Positions 42,965 to 54,623 of a stretch of 64,000 bases of DNA are shown one piece after another. Numbering within the stretch: the stretch's first letter is position 1; every line of letters begins with the position of its first letter. Below the pieces are notes generated by a model that was not told the origin of the DNA, ran no database searches, and worked only from the letters and a program-made list of their open reading frames with translations. The stretch is from NCBI GenBank assembly GCA_963788655.1, contig CAWBHS010000009.1, positions 32,001 through 96,000 of the forward strand, read 5' to 3'. Source of the stretch: an uncultured Verrucomicrobiae bacterium. GTDB taxonomy: Bacteria; Verrucomicrobiota; Verrucomicrobiia; Limisphaerales; JAFGQR01. The position numbers were made by a program, and so were the translations under genes.

Positions 42965-45336
42965 GGCACCCCTTTCCAGCGGCGCACGCCCCATTCGGCC
43001 AGCAGGCAGGCCAGCGCAAACGCGAACATGACTGGCGTGTGCCACAAGGGAAACGTCCAGGCCTCCATCACGGGCGCGTGGCGATTGGGCAGTTTGCGGG
43101 CGAACTCAGCCAAGCTGTTGGCGGTTACCATTTCGCCACCGGTTTGCCGCGCAAGGTTTTCCAGCAACGCCACGTTGGGCGTCAGCGAACGAAATTCTTC
43201 GGCGGCCAAATCAGTGCTCCAGCCGGTCGTTGCGCGGCCCACTTCGGCGCCGACGGCATTGGTCACCACCGCCGTCGCCCGATAACCGCCGGCGGCGTGT
43301 GGCACGTAGATGGCTTCGTAAACTCCTGCCTCCTGCGCCGAAGCCTCGGCCCGCAAACGAACCGTGTTCGTAGCCAGGCCGGTGGCGGAGTCGAGCAGCG
43401 TGGGCTGGACTTCAATCATCACCGCCGCATTGTCCAACGGCTGGAATTTCGGATCCTTTACCTGGACCCGGAGTCGGACCGCACTGCCGTTCTCGTCGGC
43501 GGGATGTTCGACTTGCAACTCCACCGCATTGGGTACGTCGGCAACCAGCCAACGCGCCAATTGTCGCCAGGCCTTGTCGAGATCGCGATGTTGCTCCGCG
43601 TCGTGCAGGCCCCAACGCCAGAAATCGCCGATGGTCAGCGCGGCGGTGCGGCCGCGGCCAAAGTGTTGCACCGCCAGCGCCGGAAACGTGTGCCCCGCCT
43701 CGTCGGTCGCCGTGGCGATGATGCTCGCGCCAGGCTTGACCTCGCGCAAGCGATTCATCACCTCGAATGGCGCCTGTTCCTTCAAGCGCGCCCGTTCGTC
43801 GGTTTCGTTGTCGCGCAAGCGGGCCCACGGTTGCAGCCAACCTTCGCGCGAGAGATCAAACCGCACCGGCTCGGGCGCCTTGACGGTCACGCTGGAATCC
43901 AAATACACCGGCAGCATGTCCCCAATGGGCGTGCGTTGATACTTGCCATTTTGGAAGGATTCCATCCCGCCCAACATGAGAAAACCGCCGCCGCGTTCGG
44001 AAACAAATTTCTGCAACAACGTCGCCTGGTCGGGCGCGAAGAAGTCCGCTTCCACGTCATCAACGATCACCGCATGATAGCCGTACAAATCCTCCGGTGT
44101 TCGCGGAAAACCGGCGCGCAGTTCCAGTTCGTCGCGGGTGTTCAAACGCACGAGCACCGGTTGGTCGTAGCGCTCGACGTCTTCGGGTGCCTGATTGCCA
44201 AAGCCGCGATACAACGGGTTGCTGCTTTCGCCGGCCCGTCCCCGGAAATCGAACTTCGGTTCGCGCCGGGCAACGCGGATCAAGCCGACCAGTTGAATTT
44301 GTTGATCGGCCTGGAGCGCGCGGTTGAGGAACTTGTATTCCCAATTCGGCCGGCCGCCGACGTACAGAATCCGATACGGTCCTTGCCCGCGGTCCACCGC
44401 CAACACGCGGCGGTTGTTCGCCAACGTGGCCTCGGGCGACGCGTTGGTGCGGACGAATTGATCCTGTTCATTCCGGGCCGCCACGCGCAGCCGGTAAAAG
44501 GAAAGCCCGTTTTGTTCAGGTCGGAATTGAAAGCGAAACGCGAGCTTCTCGCCGTTCTGTGGCGCGCGTTGCGTTTGCTCGCTGACTTGGTTTCCCTGCC
44601 GATCGCGCAGTTGAGCGACGATGGGTTCGCCCGCGTACCCGATGGCCGAGACGTCGGCTTGCACCGTGACCGGCGCGTCTTCGAACGAGGTTTGGCTGAC
44701 GTTGACTTGTTCCAGGGCGAGGTCCTGGTTCGGGCCGCGCTGGCCGATCACGACCGGATAAACGGGCGGCAGCCCGGACCAATCCGCCGGCGCGGAACCG
44801 AGATCGGTGGCGTTGCCGTCGGTCAGCAAAAGGATGCCGGCTAATGGTCGGCCTTGATAGCGGTCGCGTAAATTGTGCAGCGTGGTCCCCAGGGCTGTCG
44901 AACGTCCGTCGAAGTCGAGTTCTGAGAAATCCCGCGTGGCTTCCAGTCGCGAATCGAACAGGTAGCGGCGCGTTTCGAATTGTTCATCCAGTTGCGCCTG
45001 CCATCCGGATTGGGGATTGGCCAGCAATGCTTTGAGTTCCTCGCCGCGACTGCGGTTTTCGTCGCGGTCTTTGATCTGCAGGCCCTGGCTGTTGTCGGCC
45101 ACGATCGCGAACAGGTTGGCGCCGGGCCGGGCGCGTTGGCCGCTCCACAGCGGTTCTAACAGGCATAGCGCGAGAGCTGTGAGTCCAAGCATTTTGAGCG
45201 TGAGACACAGCCAGCGCCAGCCGCCTTTGGCCGGCAGGGAGCGGTAACTCCAGAACAGGAGCAGCAGGGCAGCCACCAACGCGCCGCTGGCGGGCCACAG
45301 CCAGGACCATCCTGAAAATGTCAGCGCGGCGATCAT
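42961..45336 (-). CDS. Membrane protein with vWA-like and putative glutamine amidotransferase (GATase1-like) domains
   Basis: N-terminal TMs, VADNSQGL, LLLTDGNATD, ERGGGFLMLGGMESF, QHFGRGRT, C-terminal TM LLAEWGVRRWKG. Confidence 0.75.
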   Translation of the reverse strand: MIAALTFSGWSWLWPASGALVAALLLLFWSYRSLPAKGGWRWLCLTLKMLGLTALALCLLEPLWSGQRARPGANLFAIVADNSQGLQIKDRDENRSRGEELKALLANPQSGWQAQLDEQFETRRYLFDSRLEATRDFSELDFDGRSTALGTTLHNLRDRYQGRPLAGILLLTDGNATDLGSAPADWSGLPPVYPVVIGQRGPNQDLALEQVNVSQTSFEDAPVTVQADVSAIGYAGEPIVAQLRDRQGNQVSEQTQRAPQNGEKLAFRFQFRPEQNGLSFYRLRVAARNEQDQFVRTNASPEATLANNRRVLAVDRGQGPYRILYVGGRPNWEYKFLNRALQADQQIQLVGLIRVARREPKFDFRGRAGESSNPLYRGFGNQAPEDVERYDQPVLVRLNTRDELELRAGFPRTPEDLYGYHAVIVDDVEADFFAPDQATLLQKFVSERGGGFLMLGGMESFQNGKYQRTPIGDMLPVYLDSSVTVKAPEPVRFDLSREGWLQPWARLRDNETDERARLKEQAPFEVMNRLREVKPGASIIATATDEAGHTFPALAVQHFGRGRTAALTIGDFWRWGLHDAEQHRDLDKAWRQLARWLVADVPNAVELQVEHPADENGSAVRLRVQVKDPKFQPLDNAAVMIEVQPTLLDSATGLATNTVRLRAEASAQEAGVYEAIYVPHAAGGYRATAVVTNAVGAEVGRATTGWSTDLAAEEFRSLTPNVALLENLARQTGGEMVTANSLAEFARKLPNRHAPVMEAWTFPLWHTPVMFAFALACLLAEWGVRRWKGVP

Positions 45337-45402
45337 TGGTTACTCCACTGGGCGTTGGCGGTACGTGGTGTCGTCAGAGTTGCGTGGGTCGCGCCGCGAA
45401 TG

Positions 45403-45614
45403 AAAGTGGGAGCAAGCTCCACGCACTCCAAACGCTGCGCGAGGTTTGGTCGGACCAGTGGGCAACGTCGCCCTAGCGTTTGGAGTGCGTCCGGCTTGCC
45501 GGCGCTTTTGCACCCAACGTGGCGCGACAATTTTGGCAGCAGCCGTTTTGGCTTCGGGACACACGAGTCATTCGAAAGCGGCAGAGGACTGCCGCACTCC
45601 AAGACGCTGTCGCG
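45403..45614. repeat. Cluster of three REP family B elements in an operon junction
   Basis: ..GAGCAAGCTCCACGCACTCCAAACGCT (45403-45441), AGCGTTTGGAGTGCGTCCGGCTTGCCGGCGCTTT (45476-), AAAGCGGCAGAGGACTGCCGCACTCCAAGACGCT (45575-). Confidence 0.85.
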
Positions 45615-45703
45615 CTCAACGGATGCACCGTTTGGCGCAAGACTCCGATTGCCACCGCGGGCCATTTCCCGTTTCACGAACTTCTCGATAAACGTCACGC
45701 CCG

Positions 45704-48700
45704 TCACTTGTCTTTGCCCAACTTTTCGTAATAACGGCGCACCAGTTCGGAGTAACGGGTCGGTACCGGGTCGCGGTCGATGGGCACCAGTGACTCTTTG
45801 GATTCGCGCCGGGCCAGTTCTTCGGTCAGACGCTGACGCACTTCGACGAGGGGCTTCACCACTTGCAGCCGCACCACCGCCCAATCGGGCTTCTGCTGGC
45901 CACGCTTGAACTCCTGGCGCGTCAGGCGGGCCCGTTCGCGGGCGGTGGCCACCTGGCTGCGCAACTCCGGTTGGTCGAGCATCTCTTCGACGTTGCGCAA
46001 CCGGTCGGACCATGGGCCGAAGTTGTTCCCCGTGATCGGGCCGTTGCGCCGGGTGAAGTTCTCATTGAGCCAATCCTCCACGCCATTGCGCAGCCAGCCG
46101 CCCACGTTGCCATTATTGGCGCCGCGGTTCGCGCCTGCGGAAGCCGCGCCGAGGCGGTTTCGTTGTCCGGCATTGCGTGAGCCCGCCCGATTTCCCTCGC
46201 GTTCCGAAGGCGTTGATTGATCGGCGCGCGCTTGTTCACTGCCGGGTTGTTGAGCCGACGGGTTGGACGGATTGGACCGATCCGACGGGTTGGACACTGA
46301 CCCGCCAGGCCGTTGCCCGTTCCCCTGAGCCTGCGAATTCTGGTTTTGCTGATCTGACGGCGAAGCCTGCGAAGAAGCCTGTTCGCCCTGGCGTTGCCGG
46401 GAACCATTGCCTTGCGGCGAACCGTTCTGTTGCTGGAAACCCTCGCGTTGCGCTTGGGCATTTTGGTTGGCTTGTTGGCCGTCAGCTTCATTCGGCGACT
46501 GCTGATTCTGACTCCTTGCAGAATTCTGTCGATCTTGGCGATTGGCGCGCGCGCTACGAGCGGCGGAAGCAAGTTCATTCGTTCCGCCGGCGCCGGCAAG
46601 CTCGTTGGTCTGGGCTTGTGCCATCTCCCGGTTGAGTTGCTGAACCAGGTCGTTGATCTCCTGGCGGGCCAGACGCAAGGCTTCGGTTTCATCACCGAGC
46701 ACACTTTCGGCGGCGCGCTCGACGCCTTGTTTCAATTGCCCAATTCCCGCGCGGGCGCGTTGCTCCGTTTGGCCGGCTTGCGGGAGATAGCCCTGCCGCA
46801 ACATCTCGGCGGTCCAGTCGAGCGCCTTGGCGGAATCGTCCTGCTGGCTCTGCTGGAGGCGATCGTAAAGCGAGCGCGTCAGCAAACGCTCACGCAACAG
46901 TTCGTCCTGCAAATCCCGCGGCGTCCGGGCGTCTTCCTGATTGAACTTGCGGATCGTGTCATAGAGTTGCTTGGACAACAGCGGCTCGGTGGTTTCGGCC
47001 TGCTGCGAAACTTGCGTGGCCTGGTCGAGCAAATTGGTCAGGCGTTGCGTTTGTTCGGACAGTTGGTTGAGCAACGCTTCGCGCTCCCGGGAATCGCTGA
47101 GCCGTTGCTGCCGGCTGTCCGCCAAGTTATCCAGGTTGTTGCTGACCTGCTCCTGTTGCTGCGCCAACTGGCGGGCGTCATTGCGCATCTGGCGCATGTC
47201 CTCTGCGAACTGGCTGGCGCTTTGTTGGCGCATCTCGTCGCGCGTATCCTGCAACTGCCGTTGCGCCCGCGTGCCGGCCGCCAGCGCCTGCGACACCGAC
47301 TCGCGCTCGGCGGCCTCGGCGGCCCGCTGGATGTCGTTCCGGGCCTGGTCCAGTTGCTGGCGTTGTTCGCTCATCCGCGATTGGTTTTCCGGGCGGGACA
47401 TGCGTTGCTGGAGTTCGTCCACGTCCGCCAACATTTGCTGTTCCTGCTCGCGCAACCGTTTCAAGCGACGCTGGATGTCCTCGCGTTCCTGATCGCTCTT
47501 GGCTTCCTGGAGAGCGGTCTGCAATTCCTTGAGCCGCTCGTTGAGATCGTCCTGCCGCCGCGCCAATTCCTGCAACCGGTTGATCACCTGCAATTGCTCG
47601 CGGCGCTCGGCACTTTGCGGCGGCTGCGCCTGAGCCTCGCGCTGGGTTTCGTAACGGTTTTCCTGCTCGGTCAAATCCATCTGGTTGAGCTGCTGCTGGC
47701 GGGCTTGCTGGCTGCTGCTCTGACTGCGGCTCTGGCTGTTGCGGCTGCGGACCACTTCATGTTCGCGCGCTTGTAATTTCAGCAGCGCCTGGTAGGCGGA
47801 TTGTTCGGAGGCCAGGGCCTGGGGCAAGGACGCCGGCGAATTGGTGGCGGCGGTTAAATGGTTCAGCGCCTGGTCCATTTCGTGAGTAACAGCGGTCCAG
47901 AGCGCCTGGGAACTGGGATCGGGCGTGCGTTGCTGTTGCGCGTTGGCTTGTTCGAGCGCCTGGGCTTGGGCGTCGCGCACGACGGGCGCGTCCTTGCGGT
48001 ATTGCGGCGTGACGGTTGATTCCGGCCGGCGTTGCAGCTTCCAAGTGGCGTTGATGACCTGCTTTTGCAGTTCCGCCAGCCGCGCCGTTTGACTGCCCCC
48101 CTGTTGCGATTGCTCGCCGGACTGGCTCTGGGATTGTTGGTCCGCCTGGTTTTGCTGGCCCTGGCGATAGATTTCGTCGAAGGGCCGGACTTCGCCGAAG
48201 AACATGTCGCTCATGGTCCGGCGGATTTGTCCGTCCGGGCCAATGTCATCGGCCCAGGTGAACCAGGAGATCAATTGGTCCGGCTGCGACGGCCAGGTCT
48301 TCGAGTCGCAAGAGATAATTGAAGGTGCGCTTTTCCTTGCCGGGAACCGGTTGGCCCAGTTCGATGAATTTCGTTTCTTGGCCGGCCATCGTGTAGGCCA
48401 GGCCGTATTTCTGCACGCCGAAATCATCCCAGACCGTGCCGGAGAAATTGATTTCCTCGAGCGGCGATGGCCGCCAGTCGCCACGCGGCGAGGCGAGCTT
48501 CAATTCCGGCGTGCGATTCTTCAGCACGTCGATGACAAATTGCGCGGGTACCTTGTTGGTGCGGCCTTCAGCGTCCACCAGTTGGAGTTGGTACGTCTGG
48601 CTGGTTTGCAGCGGGAATTGATTCAGTTGCGCCATGGCGCGATTGGGGGCCACGGCGAGCGGCAACACCGATTTGTCTTTGGCCACGAGTTGGGCCGAAG

Positions 48701-49640
48701 CGACGGGCTTGTTGAGTTGCAGGGCCAAATCCAGTCGCGTGCCCTCAACAGCACTGAGTCGGCGCGTGTTCTCGATGCGTTTTTTGGCCAGGCCAGTGTA
48801 ATCCGGGTATTGCAGTTCGGCATCAGCGCGTTCGAGGCGGGGATATTCAAAAACGGTCACTTTGAAATCCGGCGTGCGCTGGCCGGTGTATTCGACGTGA
48901 TACACAAAATCTTCCGCAACCTCCGGCACGTTCCCGCCAAACACCGGATCGGCCAGCGTTTTGACCAGCGGTTGACGACGACTGCTTTCCGGCGTTTGGC
49001 CGATGACCAGGTCCACGTCCGCGGGGACGGGTCCGGTGAACCGGGCCAGGACCACCAGGCTGTTACCGCGTTCGATGGTGGTGTCGCCGGGAGTCACGGA
49101 GACGCTGCTGGTTGGCACCACTGCCGGCGGGGGAATATTTGCCTTCGACACGCGCAAGCCGAAGAGCGCCGTGACGAAAAAAGCTAAGGCCACCCAATGC
49201 GCCGCCTGCGCCCAGAAAAGTCGCGAAGTCGGCACGGCAGCGGTCCACTTCCTCTGCTGGCTGTGCTCGATGGCTTCCTGCAATACCCGATGCTGGAGAT
49301 AATTGAGTTCCTGTTGATCATTGGTCTGCTGTTCGACCGCCGTCAGCAGCAACGCGTGCAGTTCGGGGTGTCGCTGCTCGATCTGCCGAGCCAGTCCGCG
49401 CACGTTCGGAGCAACACGACGACAGCGCACCGCAATGGCCAAAGCCGCAATCATGCCGGCGATAGCCAAAATCGGCAGCGTATTGGGCGAAGTCCAGCCA
49501 GTGGATCGCTGGAGGAGGACGAAGCCCAGGCCCACAGTGGCCGCAATGATCCACCATAACGCGAGGCGGCGCCAAAGTTGCAGGGTCTGGTGGCGGCGGG
49601 CCACCGGTTCGAGTTGGGATTTGAGCAGCGGGTCGATCAT
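45704..49640 (-). CDS. DUF4175-like membrane-anchored protein with long Gln-rich coiled coil; one frameshift near 48290
   Basis: N-terminal TMs, Ig-like middle (VWDDFGV), SDMFFGEVRPF, Q-rich coils, C-terminal VPTRYSELVRRYYEKL. Confidence 0.7.
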
Positions 49641-51756
49641 GATGTCACTTCTGCTACGGTTGCCGGCCGGCGGGCGAGCCAGCCAGCCAACCAGGATTCC
49701 ACGAACAACACCACTATAGCCGCAACGATCAGCCAGCGCCACAGCTTCTGATGGTTCTCCAACTCGGCGTTGAGCAGGTGCGTTTTCCGCTTGGCTGCTC
49801 GCACGGCCGCAGTCGGCGTTTGATGTTCCATTGGCACGCCCAACCGTTCCAGTTCATCGAAGGGCAGGGGAGCAGTGCGGCTTTCGGCAGCGTCGAGGTT
49901 CACGGCAAATTGTACGGGGGGTTGCACCGACGTGATGGTGTAAATGCCGGGCAGTGCGTCTGCGAAAAGTCGGATTCGTTGGAACTCAGTTGCGCCGTCG
50001 AACCATCGGGCAGACGAACGGTCCAGCCGGCATTCGTCGAATTGGCCAACGAGCGCAGCGGGATCACGTCGCCCACAAAAAACTGCGGGCGGCGGCGGCG
50101 GCGTGCCGCCGCTCAATTCGAGCAGCGAATAGAGCAGCGGAACGAATTTCGAACTGAGCGCCAATTGGCTTTCGGCCGGCGGCCAGCCCGAGGCCAGCAC
50201 GAGCAACCGGCCTTTGCCGACCGGCACTTCGAACAACGCTGCATCGCCGGTATCGAATTTCGCCAGTACCCGCGCATCCGGAATCGCATGCCGCATCTAC
50301 GCGGCGGTATTTCCAGAAATGAATCTTGGTGAAATCGCTGTAGCGCGGATCGGCGAACGGGGTCGAGCAGCGGATGTTTGAAATCAATCTCCGCCAACAT
50401 CGCGTAATTCTTTACGGTAGCTTCCTCGACGGGAATACGATCCACTTCCAGTATCCTTGCCAGGGCGGGCGCGCAGTTGGTGCCGGTGACGGAGAACAAA
50501 ACCGTTTTGCCTTCGACCATCAAACGGCGCAGCACCCCGGCTTGCGTTTCTGGCAACGGCGCGGTGGCGATCACCAGAGCTACGTTCTCCAACTCGGAAG
50601 GCTGAATTGGGTCGTCGGGTTTGTGCGCGAGGACTTCCACCGCTTGCCGGCGGGTTTCCTGAAAGGCGCGTTGCAGGAAGTAGAGCGGTTGCTTGGTATC
50701 TTCGGACGAGTCCGTTCCTAAATACAGAACCCGGTTCTGCGCGGGTTTCGGCGGGATGACGAACACGGTGTTGTCAAAATCCTCGGTGTCGCCGCGCAGC
50801 AGCAGTCGGTTCGGTGTCGAATTAGTCGGTGGTTCGGGAGCGGGCGTGACGCGCGTTTGGCCGGGCGGCACATAAACATCCACGGCGGCGCCGGCGAAGG
50901 TTTTGCCGTCGGCGCCCGCCCAGCCGATTTGGAATTGTTCGCGGTGCGAATCCGACGCGTTGCTCACCCGCACGCGCAAGGTGGGCTTGGGAGACTTGGG
51001 ATCGGCCTCGTCAGCTTCAGGGCGCAACTGGAGACCGGCATTGACCGATTGTTTGACTTTGACCGATTCGAGTGTCAGTTCGACATCGCGCGGCCACTCG
51101 TAAGCTTGTAAGGGCCCAAGCCGGCTGCCGGATTGGAGGTCGCTAATCAAGACGATTTGGCGCGGGCCAAAGGTGGGTTTGTCATCGGCTTCCTCCAGGG
51201 CTTCGGCGGCGGTGATCAGCGCCTGGCCCATCTGCGTGTCGGACCAATCCGGGGACGCCTCGGACAACCGCCCCACCGCCAGGCCGACCCGGTCTCCGAC
51301 GGACGCGGCATTCCATTGGGCGAAGGTGACCAGCCGATTGACCCGCTGGCCGAACGTAAACACCGCCACCTGGTCGCCCGGCTTGGTTTGACGCAAAATG
51401 GTTTCGGCTTTTGCCCGGGCGTCGGGCCAGAGGTTTCCGCGTCGCATGCTGGCGCTGTTGTCCACCAGCAGGACCATACGTTTGGCCGTGTTATTTGAAG
51501 CGGGATTGCTGGCGCCGGTTTTGATGAAGGGCCGCGCAAAACCGAAGGCCAGCAGCGCCAGCACGGCGCAACGCAGCAACAGCAGGAGAATGTGTTCAAG
51601 CCGGCTGCGCCGGGTGAGCCGCGGCGGACTGGGCAGTAGAAACATGAGCGAGCTGAACGCCGTGCGGTTCCGCGTGGTGCGCCGAATTAGGTGGAACACC
51701 ACCGGCAGCGCGATGGCCAATCCACCCAGCAGGAACAATGGCGCAAGAAAACTCAT
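49637..51756 (-). CDS. BatA-domain/vWA membrane protein; about 4 frameshifts in the 3' part
   Basis: MSFLAPLFLLGGLAIALPVVFHLI...FSSLMFL (BatA), MIDAS VDNSASM, LISDLQ; C-terminal LWRWLIVAAIVVLFVESWLA. Confidence 0.85.
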
Positions 51757-52706
51757 GCGGACACCTGGCGTTTGAAGCGTTTCACTTTGCGGCTCCGGTG
51801 CATGCGTTCGCGCAGGAAATCGAACAGCGCCAGTTCGAGCGGTTGGTTGGTGGCAACCCGATAATAGCCGGCGCCGAGTTTCTGGCAGGCGGCGCGAATG
51901 GCGTCGCAGTGCGCGTCGAGTTTGCGCAGATACGTTTTGCGGGTGCTGCCGGGATCAATGAAGAAATCGCGACCGGATTCCAAGTCGTAAAACATCGCGG
52001 CCTGGTCGAAGTCAAACGAAACCTCCGCCGGATCGAGCAGGTGAAAGAGCAGTACCTCGTGACCGCAAGCGGTGAGACCCAGGAGTTGTTTTTCGAGGTT
52101 TTCAATCGGCGCCAACAGGTCGGAAATCAGCACCATCAGGCCACGCTTGCGCACGATTTCCACGATCCGTTGCAGCGGCGCGGCGAGATCCGTCGCCCGA
52201 CCCCCAGCGGTCTTTTCCAAGGCCAACATCAAGTGCCGCAAATGGCCGGTGCGGTGGCGCGCGGGCAGGTAATCGCGGATTTGTTCGTCAAAGGTGAGCA
52301 GGCCGACGGCGTCGCCTTGCAGGTAAAGAAAGTAAGCCAGTGTTGCCGCCAGCGTGTTCGCGTATTGCGCCTTGGTGTAACCGGTCGAGCCATAAGTCAT
52401 CGAGCGGCTGTTGTCGGCGAGCAGGTGACAGCGCAGATTGGTTTCGTCTTCGAACTTCTTGATGAAGTAACGGTCGCTGCGGGCAAAGAGCCGCCAGTCA
52501 AGATAACGGGGATCGTCGCCGGGCGTGTATTGGCGGTATTCGGTGAACTCGACCGAAAACCCGTGATACGGGCTGCGATGGATGCCGCTCCAAAAGCCTT
52601 CGACAACCACCCGCGCGCGCAACTCGAGGTTGCGGATGCTCATCAGCGTCTGCGGATCGATGAGCGCGGACTTGGCGTGCGAAGGATGGGGCGGAGCCAT
52701 CGTCAT
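51753..52706 (-). CDS. DUF58 family protein (MoxR partner)
   Basis: GIHRSPYHGFSVEFTEYRQYTPGDDPRYLDWRLFARSDRYFIKKFEDETN; ADNSRSM; LISDL. Confidence 0.92.
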   Translation of the reverse strand: MTMAPPHPSHAKSALIDPQTLMSIRNLELRARVVVEGFWSGIHRSPYHGFSVEFTEYRQYTPGDDPRYLDWRLFARSDRYFIKKFEDETNLRCHLLADNSRSMTYGSTGYTKAQYANTLAATLAYFLYLQGDAVGLLTFDEQIRDYLPARHRTGHLRHLMLALEKTAGGRATDLAAPLQRIVEIVRKRGLMVLISDLLAPIENLEKQLLGLTACGHEVLLFHLLDPAEVSFDFDQAAMFYDLESGRDFFIDPGSTRKTYLRKLDAHCDAIRAACQKLGAGYYRVATNQPLELALFDFLRERMHRSRKVKRFKRQVSA

Positions 52707-53751
52707 GAGGCGAGCGGAGTCTTGACGGTTTCCAATAATCGTTTGGTAACGGTTTCGACGGTCACGCCTTCCGCCTCGGCCCGGTAATTGAGCAGGATGC
52801 GGTGACGTAACGCCGGGTAGGCCAGTGCCTGAATGTCTTCCAACGTCACGTGCGCCCGGCCGTGGAACAACGCTCGCGCCTTGCCCGCCAGCACCAGGAA
52901 TTGTCCGGCGCGGGTGCCGGCGCCCCAACTGACCCATTCGTTGACGAAGTCCGGCGTGCCTGCTTGCTGCGGTCGCGAGGCGGCGGCCAACCGCACGGCG
53001 TAGCGCACGACCTCCTCGGCCACGGGCACCTTGCGCACCAGTTCGTGAAACTTCAGCACGTCCTCGCCGGTGAACAGCGGTTCAATCGGCGCGGCGGGTC
53101 GAGCGGTGGTTTGCACGCACCACGGCCACTTCGTCGTCCTCGGGCAGATAATCGATCACCACGTTGAACATGAACCGATCCAGTTGGGCTTCCGGCAACG
53201 GATAGGTGCCTTCCATCTCGATGGGGTTCTGGGTGGCGAGGACAAAGAATGGTTCTTCGAGCGGATGGCGCACGCCGGCAGCGGTCACCTGATGTTCCTG
53301 CATGGCTTCCAGCAAGGCGGCCTGCGTCTTGGGCGGCGTGCGGTTGATTTCGTCGGCCAGAATCATGTTGGCGAATACCGGGCCGGGAATGAAGGCCATC
53401 TTCCGGTCCGCCGCCGGTTTCCTGAAGAATCTCAGTGCCGGTGATGTCCGCCGGCATGAGGTCGGGCGTGAACTGGATGCGCTGGAACTTCAGATGGAAT
53501 ATGCGCGCGATGGATTTCACGAGCAGCGTCTTGGCCAGGCCCGGCGCGCCGGTGATCAGGCAATGGCCGCCCGCCAACAAGGCGATGAGGATTTGCTCGA
53601 TCACGTCCCGCTGGCCAACGATGACCTTGGCCAGTTCGGCTTCGATGCGCGCGCGGCCGGCGTTGAGTTGTTCGACGGTTGCGCGGTCGGCGGCGTGGGC
53701 GGTGGAAACTGTTTTTTCCGCAACAGGATTATCAGGGGTGGTAAAGCTCAT
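52703..53751 (-). CDS. MoxR family AAA+ ATPase; 2 frameshifts (near 53410 and 53120)
   Basis: Walker [24 protein letters not shown], Walker [36 protein letters not shown]. Confidence 0.92.
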
Positions 53752-53756
53752 GGTGA

Positions 53757-54608
53757 TTAGTGGGTCATGGCGTAAAAGACGACGTTGACGGCAAGCGGGT
53801 AGGCAATCTTCTCGGAGAAGTGCTCGAAGTAATAGTGGTTGTCGCCTTCCCATTCCCAACCGTCGCCGTTGTCGGTGTTGTGGGTGGCGAACACCATGAT
53901 GCGGCCCTGGTCGTCGAAGATGGCCCGATGGTGTACTTCGTGGGCGTCGGGGCGTTCCCAGGTGACCCCCGTGTATTCGCTTTCGGTGCCGGTTTGGACG
54001 TTCGGGATCTGGCCTTTGGATTTGATGTCGAAGACGCAGTGGTAAAGCATGTTGGTCAGCGGCAGTTCGACAAAACTGCGGTCGCGAAAGACCTTCTTCA
54101 TCTGGTTCTCCATACTGTCCCATTCGCTTTCGCCCCAGAAGTCGTCGAGCCACAAAAAACCGCCGTTGAGCAGATACTTGCGCAAGGCAGCCGCTTCGTC
54201 GTCGTCGAGATAAAGGCTGCCGGGCTCGACCATGTAAATGAACGGATAGTCGGTCAGATGTTTGTCCGTGAGCCGCAGGAAGCGCCCGTTGGGATCGACT
54301 TTCAGGGCGGTCATTTGTTGCAAGCGATAGGAGAGATTGAGATCGCTGTCGGGTGCGTCGGTGTCCCAGGGTGCGCCCCGGCTGTAAGGCAGACTATCGC
54401 GCTTGATGCGGGCGAAAGTGAACACGTCCTTTTCGAAGCCGAACAGGTTGGTCCAGTTCGGCGTCTCGTAACCGTGTTGGGGAATGTCGCGCGGGGTTTG
54501 GTATTGATCGTTGTCGCGGTAATAATACCCCCGGCCATAACGGCGTTGGGCGAAGCCGCTGCTGGTGGCGAGCAGGAGGAGGAGAAGAAGTAAAGTGAGC
54601 GGTTTCAT
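53757..54608 (-). CDS. Secreted DUF4159 domain protein
   Basis: Signal peptide; [53 protein letters not shown]. Confidence 0.88.
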   Translation of the reverse strand: MKPLTLLLLLLLLATSSGFAQRRYGRGYYYRDNDQYQTPRDIPQHGYETPNWTNLFGFEKDVFTFARIKRDSLPYSRGAPWDTDAPDSDLNLSYRLQQMTALKVDPNGRFLRLTDKHLTDYPFIYMVEPGSLYLDDDEAAALRKYLLNGGFLWLDDFWGESEWDSMENQMKKVFRDRSFVELPLTNMLYHCVFDIKSKGQIPNVQTGTESEYTGVTWERPDAHEVHHRAIFDDQGRIMVFATHNTDNGDGWEWEGDNHYYFEHFSEKIAYPLAVNVVFYAMTH

Positions 54609-54623
54609 ACGTCAAAACCAATG

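Noticed and set aside
43039..44844. 601-aa plus-strand ORF
   Set aside because: Antisense shadow of the GATase-like gene; no motifs.
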